A stretch of 64,000 nucleotides of DNA from Candidatus Saccharimonadales bacterium (GCA_035280845.1 DATEFB010000026.1:16055-80054), one strand, 5' to 3'; positions 1 through 9,961 are shown, counted from the first letter of the stretch. Translations and numbers: made by a program. The notes: generated by a model not told the origin, from the sequence alone.

Positions 1-1
1 C

Positions 2-115
2 ACCGTGCTTCGCAAGAAAAGCATCAACAAGCTGGCGCTCGGCGCGGGCGGCGGCATACGAGTTATCTCCGGTCAGCGTAAGTATCACCCGATTATTATA
101 CCCGTTAACCGGTGA
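2..115 (+). CDS. 3' end of an unidentified CDS entering from the left edge (partial)
   Basis: Frame is open from the window edge to TGA at 113-115 (...KSINKLALGAGGGIRVISGQRKYHPIIIPVNR*). No family recognised. Confidence 0.3.
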   Translation, partial: TVLRKKSINKLALGAGGGIRVISGQRKYHPIIIPVNR

Positions 116-186
116 ACGGCATATTGCAGCAGCCGCGCGGGCGTGGTACTTATAATCTGTACCCGAGGATCGAAAAGGAGGTCGCA

Positions 187-423
187 ATGCGCACAGTCCC
201 GCCCCGGCGGCGACCGTCTGGCGTGAAGGGCGTACTACTGATGATCGGCGCGTTGATCGTGCTGCTCACCTACCCGCTCGGTGTGATCTGGATACTCCTG
301 ACCACGCAAGACACCGGGGTGAGCATGCCCCGCCGACTGTGGTACGCGCTGGGTTGGCCGCTGATCACGTTCATCTCGATGATGGACGAAGCCAGCAAGC
401 GTCTGCCCCACGCGATCAACTGA
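187..423 (+). CDS. HGC-1: small membrane protein (two hydrophobic spans), no family recognised
   Basis: ORF 112-423 trimmed to ATG 187, 5 nt after AGGAGG (176-181). Hydrophobic spans GVLLMIGALIVLLTYPLGVIWILL and LWYALGWPLITFI. 58-70% GC on counted lines. TGA stop. Confidence 0.6.
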   Translation: MRTVPPRRRPSGVKGVLLMIGALIVLLTYPLGVIWILLTTQDTGVSMPRRLWYALGWPLITFISMMDEASKRLPHAIN

Positions 424-429
424 GTACAC

Positions 430-467
430 GGTCAGCCCGCGGCGTCTTCGGACCCCGTGGGCTGACC
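430..467 (+). terminator. GC-rich hairpin after HGC-1
   Basis: GGTCAGCCCGCGG (430-442) pairs with CCGTGGGCTGACC (455-467), 13 bp with one G-U. Starts 7 nt after the stop and ends 5 nt before the convergent dut stop. Confidence 0.6.
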
Positions 468-471
468 GTCA

Positions 472-900
472 CTATTTGCCGGTGCTGCCGAATCCACCAC
501 TGCGATCTGAATCGCTGAGCTCGCTCACTTCTTCCCATTCGATTGTTTCGTGTTTTGTCACTACCATCTGGGCAATGCGGTCGCCATCGTTAATGGTGTA
601 AGGCTCGTTGCTGAGGTTGATTAAAATAACGCCGTATTCTCCCCTGTAGTCAGCATCGATGGTGCCGGGAGCGTTCACAATGCTAATGCCGTGCTTGGCA
701 GCCAGGCCGCTGCGTGGCCGGATCTGAGCTTCGTACCCGGGCGGCAGCGCTGCGAACACGCCTGTTGGCACCACGGCGCGTTCCAGCGTCCCGAGGATGA
801 TTGGCGCGTCAATGTTAGCCGAAAGGTCGACCGCAGCCGAATGCGGTGTCTGGTGCACTGGTAGCGGATGTTTCGATTTGTTCACGACCTGTAGCTTCAT
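472..900 (-). CDS. dut: dUTP diphosphatase
   Basis: ORF 472-966 trimmed to MKLQVV (ATG at 898-900, AAGGAG upstream). Trimeric dUTPase motifs [20 protein letters not shown] and RSGGFGSTG. Confidence 0.93.
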   Translation of the reverse strand: MKLQVVNKSKHPLPVHQTPHSAAVDLSANIDAPIILGTLERAVVPTGVFAALPPGYEAQIRPRSGLAAKHGISIVNAPGTIDADYRGEYGVILINLSNEPYTINDGDRIAQMVVTKHETIEWEEVSELSDSDRSGGFGSTGK

Positions 901-901
901 G

Positions 902-1789
902 TTATTTCTCCTTTTGTTGTGGCGCCGGCTGGCACACCGGGCAGGTATGCGTACCCCGGCCGGCAACCCGCGTCTTTATAATTACTGTTCCGCAGCGCGT
1001 GCATGGCTGGCCTTCGCGCCGAAACACATTGGCAAATGTCAGGTAGCTTCCTCGCTTGCCAGTCGCATCCACATAATTGCGGTCTGTTGAGCCGCCTTTT
1101 TGGATACTCAAACGAAGCACTGCCAGCAGGCCTTCGTACAACTTTTTTAACCGGGCAACCGGGACATCCCCTACCTTTGTTTCTGGGTGGATTTTTGCTA
1201 ACCACAGGCTTTCGTCGGCGTAGATGTTACCAATGCCGGCCACGACGGTTTGGTCGAGCAGCACTGCCTTTATACCGCTCTTTGCCCTGCGGTTCAAGCG
1301 TTCTATAAAAATATCTGCAGTAAAGTCGGCGGCCAGCGGTTCGGGACCAACTTTTTTAAAGAAATCCAACTCTTCGACCTCTGCCGTTGGCAGTAGGCGC
1401 ATCCAGCCAAACTTGCGCTGGTCGTTAAAAAACAGCCGGGACCCGTCGGTAAAGGTAAGCGTTACCCTGGTTGATTTGTCGGGCAGCTCGCCCACCAAAC
1501 TAGCATTAGGGTGTCCGGCGCCAAACGCAGCCGTCTTGCTGCGGAACACCAACTGGCCGGTCATCTTTAAATGGATCACCAGTGAATAGTTGGTCGAAAC
1601 ATCAATAATCAGCACCTTCGCGCGGCGGCGCACAGCCGTTACAGACGCGCCAATCAAAAATTGCGCAACATCCTGGGGTGAATTCGGAAAACCACGCGGC
1701 CAATCATGTTTCTGGCTGGCAATCGTACGGCCGGGCAGCAGGCCGTCGAGGCCAATCCGGACTGTTTCAACTTCGGGCAATTCAGGCAT
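902..1789 (-). CDS. mutM: formamidopyrimidine-DNA glycosylase
   Basis: N-terminal MPELPEVE catalytic motif, H2TH region, C-terminal CTRCG...CPVCQ zinc finger. 295 aa. Confidence 0.93.
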   Translation of the reverse strand: MPELPEVETVRIGLDGLLPGRTIASQKHDWPRGFPNSPQDVAQFLIGASVTAVRRRAKVLIIDVSTNYSLVIHLKMTGQLVFRSKTAAFGAGHPNASLVGELPDKSTRVTLTFTDGSRLFFNDQRKFGWMRLLPTAEVEELDFFKKVGPEPLAADFTADIFIERLNRRAKSGIKAVLLDQTVVAGIGNIYADESLWLAKIHPETKVGDVPVARLKKLYEGLLAVLRLSIQKGGSTDRNYVDATGKRGSYLTFANVFRREGQPCTRCGTVIIKTRVAGRGTHTCPVCQPAPQQKEK

Positions 1790-1878
1790 GCCACTATTGT
1801 ACCTTGGAATTTACAAACAATTTTCAAGATGATATAAAAATATGATCAGATCCAACTGATGCATCCGAGGGAGTTGCT

Positions 1879-2448
1879 ATGAGCTTCGACCAACGCGGTT
1901 TGGACGGCGCTATTGCTGCGGGTGAACCGCAGGTGGTGCGGCTGGACGGCCGGAACTTCCTGGTACTGGGCAAGGTGGCCGGAGCCGACTTCCAATACGT
2001 CGGCTTCGAGGTTGAAGCCACGCCGCGCGGTACCCCCCAATTGACCACGCTAGACCACCGTGTCCGGCAGCTCGACCTCCGCGACGGAATCGTGCGGCCG
2101 CTGCAGGCCAGCATCACCGTGCCGCTGGAGCTGGTACGTGCCACGGTGATGCCGCTGTACGAAACAGTGGTAGCAGTGGCAACCGACAGATGGCGCCGCG
2201 GCCCCTCTCAATCCAACGAGGAGCTGCTGCGACTGTCGCGCCAGGCCGCCGAATCCATGGTGGTTTCGGGGCTCTGGACCAACGCCGCACTCCTGATGGA
2301 GATGTGGGACCAAGGCATTCGCTGGCTGGGCGAGCGCAAGGTCGAAGACCTGGGCAACACGCCCTTCAGCACCACCGACCTGGACGCTCTGGCCACGCAG
2401 ATCTACGAGAAGATCAAGATCTGTGACACACCGGACAGCGGTGCCTGA
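1879..2448 (+). CDS. HGC-2: hypothetical protein (189 aa)
   Basis: GAGGGAG SD 5 nt before ATG 1879. 41/60 GC on line 1921. TGA stop. No family recognised. Confidence 0.7.
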   Translation: MSFDQRGLDGAIAAGEPQVVRLDGRNFLVLGKVAGADFQYVGFEVEATPRGTPQLTTLDHRVRQLDLRDGIVRPLQASITVPLELVRATVMPLYETVVAVATDRWRRGPSQSNEELLRLSRQAAESMVVSGLWTNAALLMEMWDQGIRWLGERKVEDLGNTPFSTTDLDALATQIYEKIKICDTPDSGA

Positions 2449-2457
2449 GCAGGATGC

Positions 2458-2506
2458 GGCCGCCAGTGGGACCTTCCGAGGAACCGCTGGCGGCCATCGC
2501 CTTTTT
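2458..2506 (+). terminator. intrinsic terminator after HGC-2
   Basis: GGCCGCCAGTGG (2458-2469) pairs with CCGCTGGCGGCC (2484-2495, one G-U), followed by a T5 run at 2502-2506. Confidence 0.65.
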
Positions 2507-2512
2507 GGACTA

Positions 2513-4009
2513 CTAGAACCGCGCGTTCCAAACGAATGTCGCGGTTGTGGCGCCAGGGTCGGCGTTCACGTTGATCGTAAACTGTGTGGCACCAACGCCA
2601 CTGATCCAGAATTTTGTCGCTGTTCCCATGCTGTTAGTTGGCGTCACGCTAATGTTCGCCAGCGCCGGAGTCGCCGCCAATGTATGCGTCACTGCAATTG
2701 ACGTTGTGCCGTTTGCGACCGTCGCCGCTCCTGTGGCCTCTGTCCGCCAACCCAGGTTATTGCGCAGAATAGTGTTTGTGCCGGCCGATTCTACCAGCGC
2801 AACGGTTGGCGCGGCGTTCTGCACAAGGACGTTATCGACAATAAGGTTATCGCCAGACCCGCCAGTTGCCTCTTCGCGGATAAGGCTGCGTGTTTTACCG
2901 GCGTCACCATCTGTCTGAATATTGTTTCCAGAAATAATGTTATAGTGCGTGCCAAATTCCAGGTGGATAGCCGAGGCAGCCACGTTACCTTGGTCGCCGG
3001 TGCTCGCGAAGAGGTTGTTCGCAACAATGTTACTACTGCCGACAATAAAGATGTTGTCGCCCGCAACGCCATCGAATGTCGAGCCAATAATGCGGGTGTT
3101 GCTTTGGTCCTGAATGCGGATGCCGATACAGTTGTTGCCGCCGCCCACAAAGTTAAGGCTAATAAAATGTTGTAGTCCGGCCTGATCCAATAACGCGACC
3201 GGCCGCGAACCGACCGGGTTGAGTGCGCCACCTAAGTTTTCGAAATCGCAGGCGATCAGCCAGTTTTCGTCGCTGCCGGTCAGCCAGACGCCGCCGCCAA
3301 AACCATCGCTGTTGTTGGAGTTATCGAACAAACAACTCAATACACGGTTATGGTGGCCGTATGCCCCGCCCTGCATTGGCCCCAATTTGAGCCCCCAGTT
3401 GTAGCTGCTGTAACAATGGACGCGCTCAAAACTGCACTGCACGGCGCCGTCGGCCGAGATGCCACCGCCAGCTGTTTGGTTGTCGGCGTTGCCGTCTACG
3501 GCAAAGTCTGCAAAATGCGCACCTGTAACTGGGTTACCTGCACCAGCCGCGAACTTAATGACGTAATCATTCAGTCCGTTAGCCGCTTTTAAGATTGTTT
3601 CTTCGCGGCCCATGCCAATGATCGTAATTGGCCCACTAATAGTCAGTGGTGCGCCGACAATTGCCGTACCCGCCCCAAGTAACAGCGGTTTGTTAGCAGT
3701 GATTGCAGCCGCAATAGCAGCCTGCAGCGCAACAGCGTCGTTGGTAGCGTTATCGAACACGGCACCGTAGTCACGGGCATACACGACGTGCTCATTCTTT
3801 TGGAGCGCATTGTTAAGAGTGGTTTGCAGGCCACTCGTCAGGTCAGTTATAGGGATACCGGCGCCCGGTTTGGTGTAACGCGTCAGGGCTGTATCGATGT
3901 CGGCGCTGCGCTTCAGGGAACCGTCGGTGTTGTGCTCGACATCTAAAAAGGCATTGAGGACGTCGCCCCAAACTCCACTGTCACCCCCAGGTGTTGGTAA
4001 TCGTGCCAT
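2513..4009 (-). CDS. right-handed parallel beta-helix (pectate-lyase-fold) repeat protein, tailspike/glycosidase-like
   Basis: 498 aa with many Gly/Asn-rich ~22-aa turns (NNxFxxxGDxGI-type repeats, e.g. IIGSTFDGVAGDNIFIVGSSNIVANNLF). N-terminal MARLPTPGGDSGVWGDVLN. Fold call is from repeat pattern only. Confidence 0.7.
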   Translation of the reverse strand: MARLPTPGGDSGVWGDVLNAFLDVEHNTDGSLKRSADIDTALTRYTKPGAGIPITDLTSGLQTTLNNALQKNEHVVYARDYGAVFDNATNDAVALQAAIAAAITANKPLLLGAGTAIVGAPLTISGPITIIGMGREETILKAANGLNDYVIKFAAGAGNPVTGAHFADFAVDGNADNQTAGGGISADGAVQCSFERVHCYSSYNWGLKLGPMQGGAYGHHNRVLSCLFDNSNNSDGFGGGVWLTGSDENWLIACDFENLGGALNPVGSRPVALLDQAGLQHFISLNFVGGGNNCIGIRIQDQSNTRIIGSTFDGVAGDNIFIVGSSNIVANNLFASTGDQGNVAASAIHLEFGTHYNIISGNNIQTDGDAGKTRSLIREEATGGSGDNLIVDNVLVQNAAPTVALVESAGTNTILRNNLGWRTEATGAATVANGTTSIAVTHTLAATPALANISVTPTNSMGTATKFWISGVGATQFTINVNADPGATTATFVWNARF

Positions 4010-4061
4010 GCAAACCCCGCTTTATTACTCTTAATCATAGCAAAATGGTTATGCTTAGCAA

Positions 4062-4898
4062 CTACTTGGCGAACCACTGTCGGACAGCAGGCGTAATCGT
4101 CGATGCAATGTGCTTATTGGGGCCCGGTATTACTGCGACCCCCACCCCTTCAAAGACTTTCATGCCAGCCACATCGAAGTTACGGACGATGTAGATTGTT
4201 GCCTGCTCGTATTCCCGTGTCAGCTCGCGCCACACAACAAAACGGTTTAGAAGTTCAAGTTGGCCAGGTTTAAATTGGCGGTCAGTCTCTTCGTGGAGCT
4301 CGCGGATGGCAGCCTGGAGCGAGGTCTCGCCTTCTTCGCAGCCGCCACCAAATGCACCAATCTTGCCGGGCTGGTCGATGCCCGGCTTATCGTCCCGCTG
4401 ATGGCCATACATGGTGCCGTCCGGGCCTATGAAGAGCGTAGCAGCCGAGCGGTGCACCTCTGGATGCTCAGCTGTGGCATTCAGAATATAGTCGCGCTCT
4501 TTAAACCACTTCTCGGCGCCCGGCCGGCAGACTGGTGCCAAAAGCGGATCGTCGAGGCTGCGCACCACATGGTATCCCTGGCCTTCATAGACCTCGAGCC
4601 CCTGCACAGAGACACCTTTGGCGATATAAATAAATTCATGTTCCAGGCGGTCGGCCGACAGGTCAAAATCGTACGTGATCCATTCTTCCAGGTCGGCTTC
4701 GGTTAGGTTGAGGTTGGTTTCTTCGTTAATTTCGCGTACAGCCGCAGCCAATGGTGAGGCGTCTTCGGGCTCCAGTGTGCCGCCAAAAAAACTCGCCAGG
4801 CCGGGGCTGTTAATGCCAGGCTTGTCATCGCGGTGTTGGGTGATCAAGTTGCCTTCGGGGTCAATCAGCAGCACGCCCGCGCAGTTGAATTCAGCCAT
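4062..4898 (-). CDS. tandem double-Nudix hydrolase
   Basis: Two Nudix boxes: GGTLEPEDASPLAAAVREINEETNL and GGGCEEGETSLQAAIRELHEETD. Confidence 0.85.
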   Translation of the reverse strand: MAEFNCAGVLLIDPEGNLITQHRDDKPGINSPGLASFFGGTLEPEDASPLAAAVREINEETNLNLTEADLEEWITYDFDLSADRLEHEFIYIAKGVSVQGLEVYEGQGYHVVRSLDDPLLAPVCRPGAEKWFKERDYILNATAEHPEVHRSAATLFIGPDGTMYGHQRDDKPGIDQPGKIGAFGGGCEEGETSLQAAIRELHEETDRQFKPGQLELLNRFVVWRELTREYEQATIYIVRNFDVAGMKVFEGVGVAVIPGPNKHIASTITPAVRQWFAK

Positions 4899-5442
4899 GT
4901 TGGGCCTCGAGCCATTGCAACAGAATCAGGGCGACGCGCTCTTCGTGCATGTCTCCCTTTACAATCATTTCTTTGGCGGTGGCAAAATCGTACCAACTGA
5001 CGTCGTCGATTTGCTCGCCGTCTTCGAGTGCCTGGTCGCCTGGCTGCCAGTCGGTGGCCGTAAAGACATACAAATCCCACTCTACCGTGGCGCCGAGGGT
5101 GGACTTTTTAAAGAACGTCACTTCTGCCACATGCATGCCAGCTTCTTCGGCGGCTTCGGCCTTCGCCTTGGAGGTAGCGGCATCCAGAATATCTTTGCCA
5201 GAGGTACGGAATGTCTCAAACTCGGCCAGCGTATCGAATACCTTACCACCGGGCAAGCGGAAATCGTGTACGCCTAATTCCTGTCTGAATTCTTTGGTTA
5301 GCAGCACTTTTTTGTTGGGAAGGTCGGCAATGATCAGCCGGACGCCAGGTGCACGGCGGGCGACTTCGAAGACGCGGCCATCTGGCTGGGCCACGTGTAC
5401 CAGCTCGAACAGTTTTCCTGTGGCAAAAATAGACTCATTCAT
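4891..5442 (-). CDS. Nudix hydrolase (ADP-ribose pyrophosphatase-like)
   Basis: PGGKV...AKAEAAEEAG Nudix-box-like segment. 8-nt overlap with the downstream Nudix gene. Confidence 0.75.
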   Translation of the reverse strand: MNESIFATGKLFELVHVAQPDGRVFEVARRAPGVRLIIADLPNKKVLLTKEFRQELGVHDFRLPGGKVFDTLAEFETFRTSGKDILDAATSKAKAEAAEEAGMHVAEVTFFKKSTLGATVEWDLYVFTATDWQPGDQALEDGEQIDDVSWYDFATAKEMIVKGDMHEERVALILLQWLEAQHG

Positions 5443-5483
5443 AAAAAAAGTATAGCACCGACAGGGGTGGTTTTTACTCTGCC

Positions 5484-8027
5484 ATGATACAATTGGTCTT
5501 TATGTCAACTGGAGAGATGGAAGATATTATTTTGGAACCCGGCTACCAACGGGTTGAGCACGTCGACGAAGAACCGTCGCACGCCCTGTTTGCGGCCTGG
5601 CAAAACAGCTCGGTCAACCAGGCAAACGCCCGCGAGGACCGCGAATTCCAGCGCACCGTACTCCGCGACGTCGTTGAAAGCGCCGCCCAATCGCAGGGCG
5701 ACCCCGCGCGCCGCGCCATAATCCGGGCGTACGGCGACATTACCGCCTATTTCTGGTTCGGGAACGACCACACGCCACTCCCCCGCGGCCTAAAGCGCTA
5801 TCTGCTGCCCGACGAAGACACGCCCATGCTCACCCTCGATTACAACCACGCCGACCACCAGGACATGCACAATGTCGCGGCCATGCTTGGCCCGCTCGGC
5901 CTTGGGGAGCTGCTGGCATACCGCCGTGAACTGTTTAATGAGCAAAGCCCTCACCTCTTTGAACCACTGGTCGAGGCGCTTGTCTCGAACACGCCCGGCT
6001 ACCGTTTGCTGGAGAGCTTTAACCTGGACCGCTACACCTGGAACGAGCGGCCGTTAACGCCCGTTGAACGCCTACTCGAGGAACAGGCCGCCGAAGATTC
6101 AGTCCGGCGGCGCCACGGCGTACCCGCCGGACAAGACCTGCGCACCCATACCGCCGCGCGGGCCGACCTGACGCGGGCTGTCCTGCGTCTTGATGAAACC
6201 ACCCGCTACGACCGCCATGCCATCCCCGAAACAGATTCGCCAGCAACCCGCGCGATCAAATTCTTTAAAGGATTGGCTGCTGACGAACTTGGCAGCTCTG
6301 TGCGCGGCACCGAGATCCGCTCTATAAAAACGGTGCATTACAACATGCCCGCCGACCCGCCACCAACTGGCGACCGCCGCCCGCTCCTCCCCCAAAAAGA
6401 GCAGGGTGCATACAGCGTTATCCGGATCGTCACCGACGCCGAAACAGTCAACCACTCCACCGAATCGTTCATAACCTGGGCCCAATCGATGGATTATTTG
6501 AGCTCGCCCGGCCAGGCCCGGCTGCGAGGCATTTCGACGTTCCTGGTTACCGACGCGCTCACAGCCCTCCTCGACGAAGAAGGCGCCGACATTAACTACA
6601 GCGAGCTTCTGGAAGAATTACTTGCCCGCTATACCGGCAGCCTGGCTGAATCCTACCGCGATTTTGTCAGCGCCAACATAGCCAGCCGGCAATTTGGCAC
6701 GCTGGCAACGCTTCTGGCTATGCCGAGCGAATTCGATGAAGAACTGGATTCGTTCATCCTTGCCTACGACAAACGACAGGGCTTTGAGCCACTCCGCGCC
6801 CTGTCGCGCCGTGAGTACAAACGCGGCATGCGTGAATCGCTGGGCAGCATTAAAAAACGGCCCGTCGATGATACCAACCAGCGCATCATCCAGTACCACG
6901 ACGCCGATCCCGAACTGGGCGGGTTCGATGAAGACGAGGCCGACCTTATTTTGAAGCTCAAAGCAATCGGCGACGGGCTCTTCCCCACCATCCCCGGCTA
7001 CCAACCGCTTGGGCTGGACGCCGAACGCAAGCTGTTCGCCCTGCGCTACACGCCCGAGGCCGACCCCTACACCGAATGCTCCACCATTATTCCCGACCAA
7101 GCCCGGCTGGCGCTCGCCCAAACCTACGCCGATGTTGGCCTGCATGAACTGGCTATGCTCGTGCACGGCACTCCAAACCTGACTGTCAGCCAGCTAACGC
7201 GCGACATCAGCCGTACCAACCGCTACATCTTGCCGCGCGATGCCTTTATGCCAGAATTCCCCGCCAACCTTGCAGATTACGCCGGACAAATTGGAGCCGA
7301 CGGTCGGCTGCACATGCAGTGCGTGGGGTCATCGCACTTTTTGTACCTGTCGCTTAAAGAGGCGTTCGGCACCGAGGCCGTGAGCATCATTAACGGCGAT
7401 GCCCTGCCAAGCATTGGCCGCCGCCTGCCCGGGGTCGGGCACCAGCAAACACCGTTTACAGATCCCGAAACAAACCAGCTCTATATTTTAGATGCCACGT
7501 CGCGCGGGGTCAGTACGATCGAAGTCCGAAACGCCGTCTCGGGCTATACAGACGCCCTTCGGCGTTTGGTTGGCCTGCATGTCCTGAAGCAGCTTATCCG
7601 GCCGCGTACAGCCCCAGAAGCGCCTAAGCGCCCACGTTTTGAATCCACGGAGGACCGGACTGTTGCCAGCCCCGAGGCACATCGTCAGGTGCTCCTTGAA
7701 CAAAACCGCGACACGCTGATTATGCAGCTGCGTATGGTGTACGGCACCGATGGCCGCCCTATGCGCCACGACGACCTGCTAGAGCAGACCGCCGGGCTTC
7801 ACACCGACGACATTGTATTCCGCACGCTCAGTACCGCTATTCTGGCGGCGGGCGGCCAGGCCGAACCCGAAGATCCGGCGCGGATCATGCGCTACATCCA
7901 AGCCCTCCAGGACTGCGACGACCGTTCCCTGCTGCGCAAGGTCGACCCCTTTGAATACACCCGCCAGCCGCGCCTGCTGCACGCGCTCGAAAAAGCGCTG
8001 GCCGAGATAGCCCGGCTTAGTCGTTAA
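5484..8027 (+). CDS. large hypothetical protein (847 aa) with possible C-terminal transglutaminase-like Cys-His-Asp core
   Basis: Long uninterrupted ORF at about 58% GC. Cys613 (7320-7322), His653 (7440-7442) and Asp670 (7491-7493) have the spacing seen in transglutaminase-fold cysteine proteases. Start codon uncertain (ATG at 5484, 5502 or 5517). Confidence 0.7.
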   Translation: MIQLVFMSTGEMEDIILEPGYQRVEHVDEEPSHALFAAWQNSSVNQANAREDREFQRTVLRDVVESAAQSQGDPARRAIIRAYGDITAYFWFGNDHTPLPRGLKRYLLPDEDTPMLTLDYNHADHQDMHNVAAMLGPLGLGELLAYRRELFNEQSPHLFEPLVEALVSNTPGYRLLESFNLDRYTWNERPLTPVERLLEEQAAEDSVRRRHGVPAGQDLRTHTAARADLTRAVLRLDETTRYDRHAIPETDSPATRAIKFFKGLAADELGSSVRGTEIRSIKTVHYNMPADPPPTGDRRPLLPQKEQGAYSVIRIVTDAETVNHSTESFITWAQSMDYLSSPGQARLRGISTFLVTDALTALLDEEGADINYSELLEELLARYTGSLAESYRDFVSANIASRQFGTLATLLAMPSEFDEELDSFILAYDKRQGFEPLRALSRREYKRGMRESLGSIKKRPVDDTNQRIIQYHDADPELGGFDEDEADLILKLKAIGDGLFPTIPGYQPLGLDAERKLFALRYTPEADPYTECSTIIPDQARLALAQTYADVGLHELAMLVHGTPNLTVSQLTRDISRTNRYILPRDAFMPEFPANLADYAGQIGADGRLHMQCVGSSHFLYLSLKEAFGTEAVSIINGDALPSIGRRLPGVGHQQTPFTDPETNQLYILDATSRGVSTIEVRNAVSGYTDALRRLVGLHVLKQLIRPRTAPEAPKRPRFESTEDRTVASPEAHRQVLLEQNRDTLIMQLRMVYGTDGRPMRHDDLLEQTAGLHTDDIVFRTLSTAILAAGGQAEPEDPARIMRYIQALQDCDDRSLLRKVDPFEYTRQPRLLHALEKALAEIARLSR

Positions 8028-8928
8028 GGTCGGTCCGGTAGCGCTGGTACAATTCCTTCGTATCAGGGCAGAGCTGCGATTCGGCGGCTAACTCGTTTAT
8101 GTGCTCAGCTGTCATCCAGGCTGTTGCGTCCCATTCGTGCGGGTTCTGTAAATCCTGCTGTTTTTTAAGGGTGATTTCGTATACATAAATGGTGTGGGTC
8201 ACAGTTGGGTCGGAATAATCCATCTTAAAGCAAAACTGCACGCGCTGTCGCAGCCCCGTTTCTTCTTTAAGCTCCCGTTGGGCGGCATCTTCGGGGTCTT
8301 CACTGTCATGCACTTTGCCGCCTGCGCCCAAGCCCCATAATCCGGGGTAATATTTTTTGTCCGGGCGGCGGCGGTGCGCAAAATACGCGCCAGTTTCGTC
8401 GCGGATAATCACCACCGCCACGCGGGTATGCGTCTGGCCAATGGTATATTCGGCATGCATAAAGCCATCGTTGTGCCACTTGTTTTTGACCATTTTAAAA
8501 TCGAACTGGGCTTTGTAATCGCCAAACATTGGCAGCCCTTTCTCGAGTAAAATCGGATGAATATCAACATACACCCGACTTACAACGTCGGCCTGCATAA
8601 AACTATGGTTCGTTTTGGCGCCGCCAATCACCAGTAGTTTCTTAAAGCCAAGTTCGCGGGCTTTGGCTATGGCTTCATCGACATTCGTTACAAAATGAAC
8701 CGATTCGTGTTTGTTCTTTTTGGGGATTTTGTGGACCAGCACAATGTGCTGCACGCCTTCGAACGCCGGCCCGCCATATTCACGGTAGGTGGCGTGCCCC
8801 ATGCAAATACACCCGTATTTGCGGGCAGTTGCCTCAAATAATTCTTCGTCGGCGACCCAGGCTGTGTTTCCGTAGCGGTCAGCAATAAACCCCTCTACCG
8901 AGGCAGCAATGTATAAATCCACCTTCAT
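8017..8928 (-). CDS. fusion protein: RibD_C/dihydrofolate-reductase-like domain plus Nudix hydrolase domain
   Basis: N-terminus MKVDLYIAASVEGFIADRYG...LLVIGGAKT is DHFR-family-like. C-terminus has Nudix box GGKVHDSEDPEDAAQRELKEETGL. Convergent 11-nt overlap with 5484-8027. Confidence 0.8.
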   Translation of the reverse strand: MKVDLYIAASVEGFIADRYGNTAWVADEELFEATARKYGCICMGHATYREYGGPAFEGVQHIVLVHKIPKKNKHESVHFVTNVDEAIAKARELGFKKLLVIGGAKTNHSFMQADVVSRVYVDIHPILLEKGLPMFGDYKAQFDFKMVKNKWHNDGFMHAEYTIGQTHTRVAVVIIRDETGAYFAHRRRPDKKYYPGLWGLGAGGKVHDSEDPEDAAQRELKEETGLRQRVQFCFKMDYSDPTVTHTIYVYEITLKKQQDLQNPHEWDATAWMTAEHINELAAESQLCPDTKELYQRYRTDLND

Positions 8929-8999
8929 GAGGCAGACTCCAGGACGGCCGCTTTCCCCTCTTGCATACTCTTAGTGTACCAAAGTTTAGATATGGAAAT

Positions 9000-9032
9000 G
9001 GCCCGGCGCACGGGGTTACGTGCATCCGGGCC
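9000..9032 (-). terminator. GC-rich hairpin after HGC-3
   Basis: GGCCCGG (9000-9006) pairs with CCGGGCC (9026-9032), with inner GCACG/CGTGC. Lies 23 nt beyond the TGA of 9056-9961. Confidence 0.55.
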
Positions 9033-9055
9033 AGTTCCATCCCTGCGTCTGAGCG

Positions 9056-9961
9056 TCAGGTGGCGGTGAGTACCGCGCCGGCGATGATGATGAAATCAGA
9101 ACCTTCTCTCCTGAGGCGTGCCCACGGCGGCTTGGTGGCCGATGCGGGATCGCTGAACGTGCTCACCCCAGGTAGCCCGCTGATCTGCTTCCGAGGGATT
9201 CCCTCGGCGACGAGCAACTGGTGGAACAGTCCGGTGAGGTTGAGCCCGTGGGGCTCTTCCTCGGTGGTGCCCACTCCCTCGTAGAGGTAGTGTTCGTACG
9301 TCGGTCCAGCGTCACGGAGTTGCGTCAGGGCGTCCTCGCTGATGGTGATGCCATCGCTGCGGCCACCGGGCGAAACCCAGGCCCACAGGTGCTTGAACGA
9401 GAACTTTCGTCCCGAATCCGTGACGGTCTTGCGGACCAACCTGACCAACCGCGTCACCAGACCGTGCGGCAACCGATGCCACACGCCCAGCAGAACTGCG
9501 GTGACCACGTAGTGCGGATCACCCCGACGGCGGCCAGGATCGACGTACGTGAAGTACGCCGCCGGCTCGTTGTCGAACGGCATGGCCACGCCAGCAAGGT
9601 GCTGGCCTTCCATCACCGTTCCCAGGCAGGCTGGGTTGGGATTGTCGGCGTTCAGGTAGCCGACCCCTTTCGCTGGCAGGACGAGCTGGTCGTCTGGCAG
9701 CTTTTCGGGTTCGGGCACCAGGCCCGGCACAACCAGGCGCGGCGTACCCTCCAAGGGCTGGATGCATCGCAGCTCCGCGCCCAGGGCACGGTAACTCCGT
9801 CGCTGCCAGTCCAAGGCGGCGGGATCAGACTCATGGGCTCGGAACTTCAGCCCACTGTCGGTGCTCACACACAGCACTCGCACTTCCAGACCCTTGCGGG
9901 CCAGGAGGGCGTTTGCTGCGTCGTCAGCCCGGGTCATGAGATGAAACCCAGTGCTACTCAC
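9056..9961 (-). CDS. HGC-3: hypothetical protein (301 aa)
   Basis: GTG start at 9959-9961 preceded by GAAAGGGG. High GC. TGA stop. No confident family. Confidence 0.7.
   Translation of the reverse strand: MSSTGFHLMTRADDAANALLARKGLEVRVLCVSTDSGLKFRAHESDPAALDWQRRSYRALGAELRCIQPLEGTPRLVVPGLVPEPEKLPDDQLVLPAKGVGYLNADNPNPACLGTVMEGQHLAGVAMPFDNEPAAYFTYVDPGRRRGDPHYVVTAVLLGVWHRLPHGLVTRLVRLVRKTVTDSGRKFSFKHLWAWVSPGGRSDGITISEDALTQLRDAGPTYEHYLYEGVGTTEEEPHGLNLTGLFHQLLVAEGIPRKQISGLPGVSTFSDPASATKPPWARLRREGSDFIIIAGAVLTAT

Noticed and set aside
146-163. A perfect TATAAT (151-156) in the loop of a GGTAC/GTACC hairpin upstream of HGC-1, as a cassette-borne promoter.
   Set aside because: No acceptable -35 lies at 16-18 nt (TTGCAG is 21 nt away), and a single hexamer match is expected by chance. 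I noted it but do not annotate it as a promoter.
9056-9961. Possible YfiH/PgeF (DUF152, laccase-domain) identity for HGC-3, based on a C-terminal ...GLNLTGLFHQLLVAEGIPRKQI...ARLRREG pattern.
   Set aside because: The His-Cys-His catalytic residues and the HAGWRG-type motif are not found at the expected spacing. The resemblance is too weak to call without a profile search.
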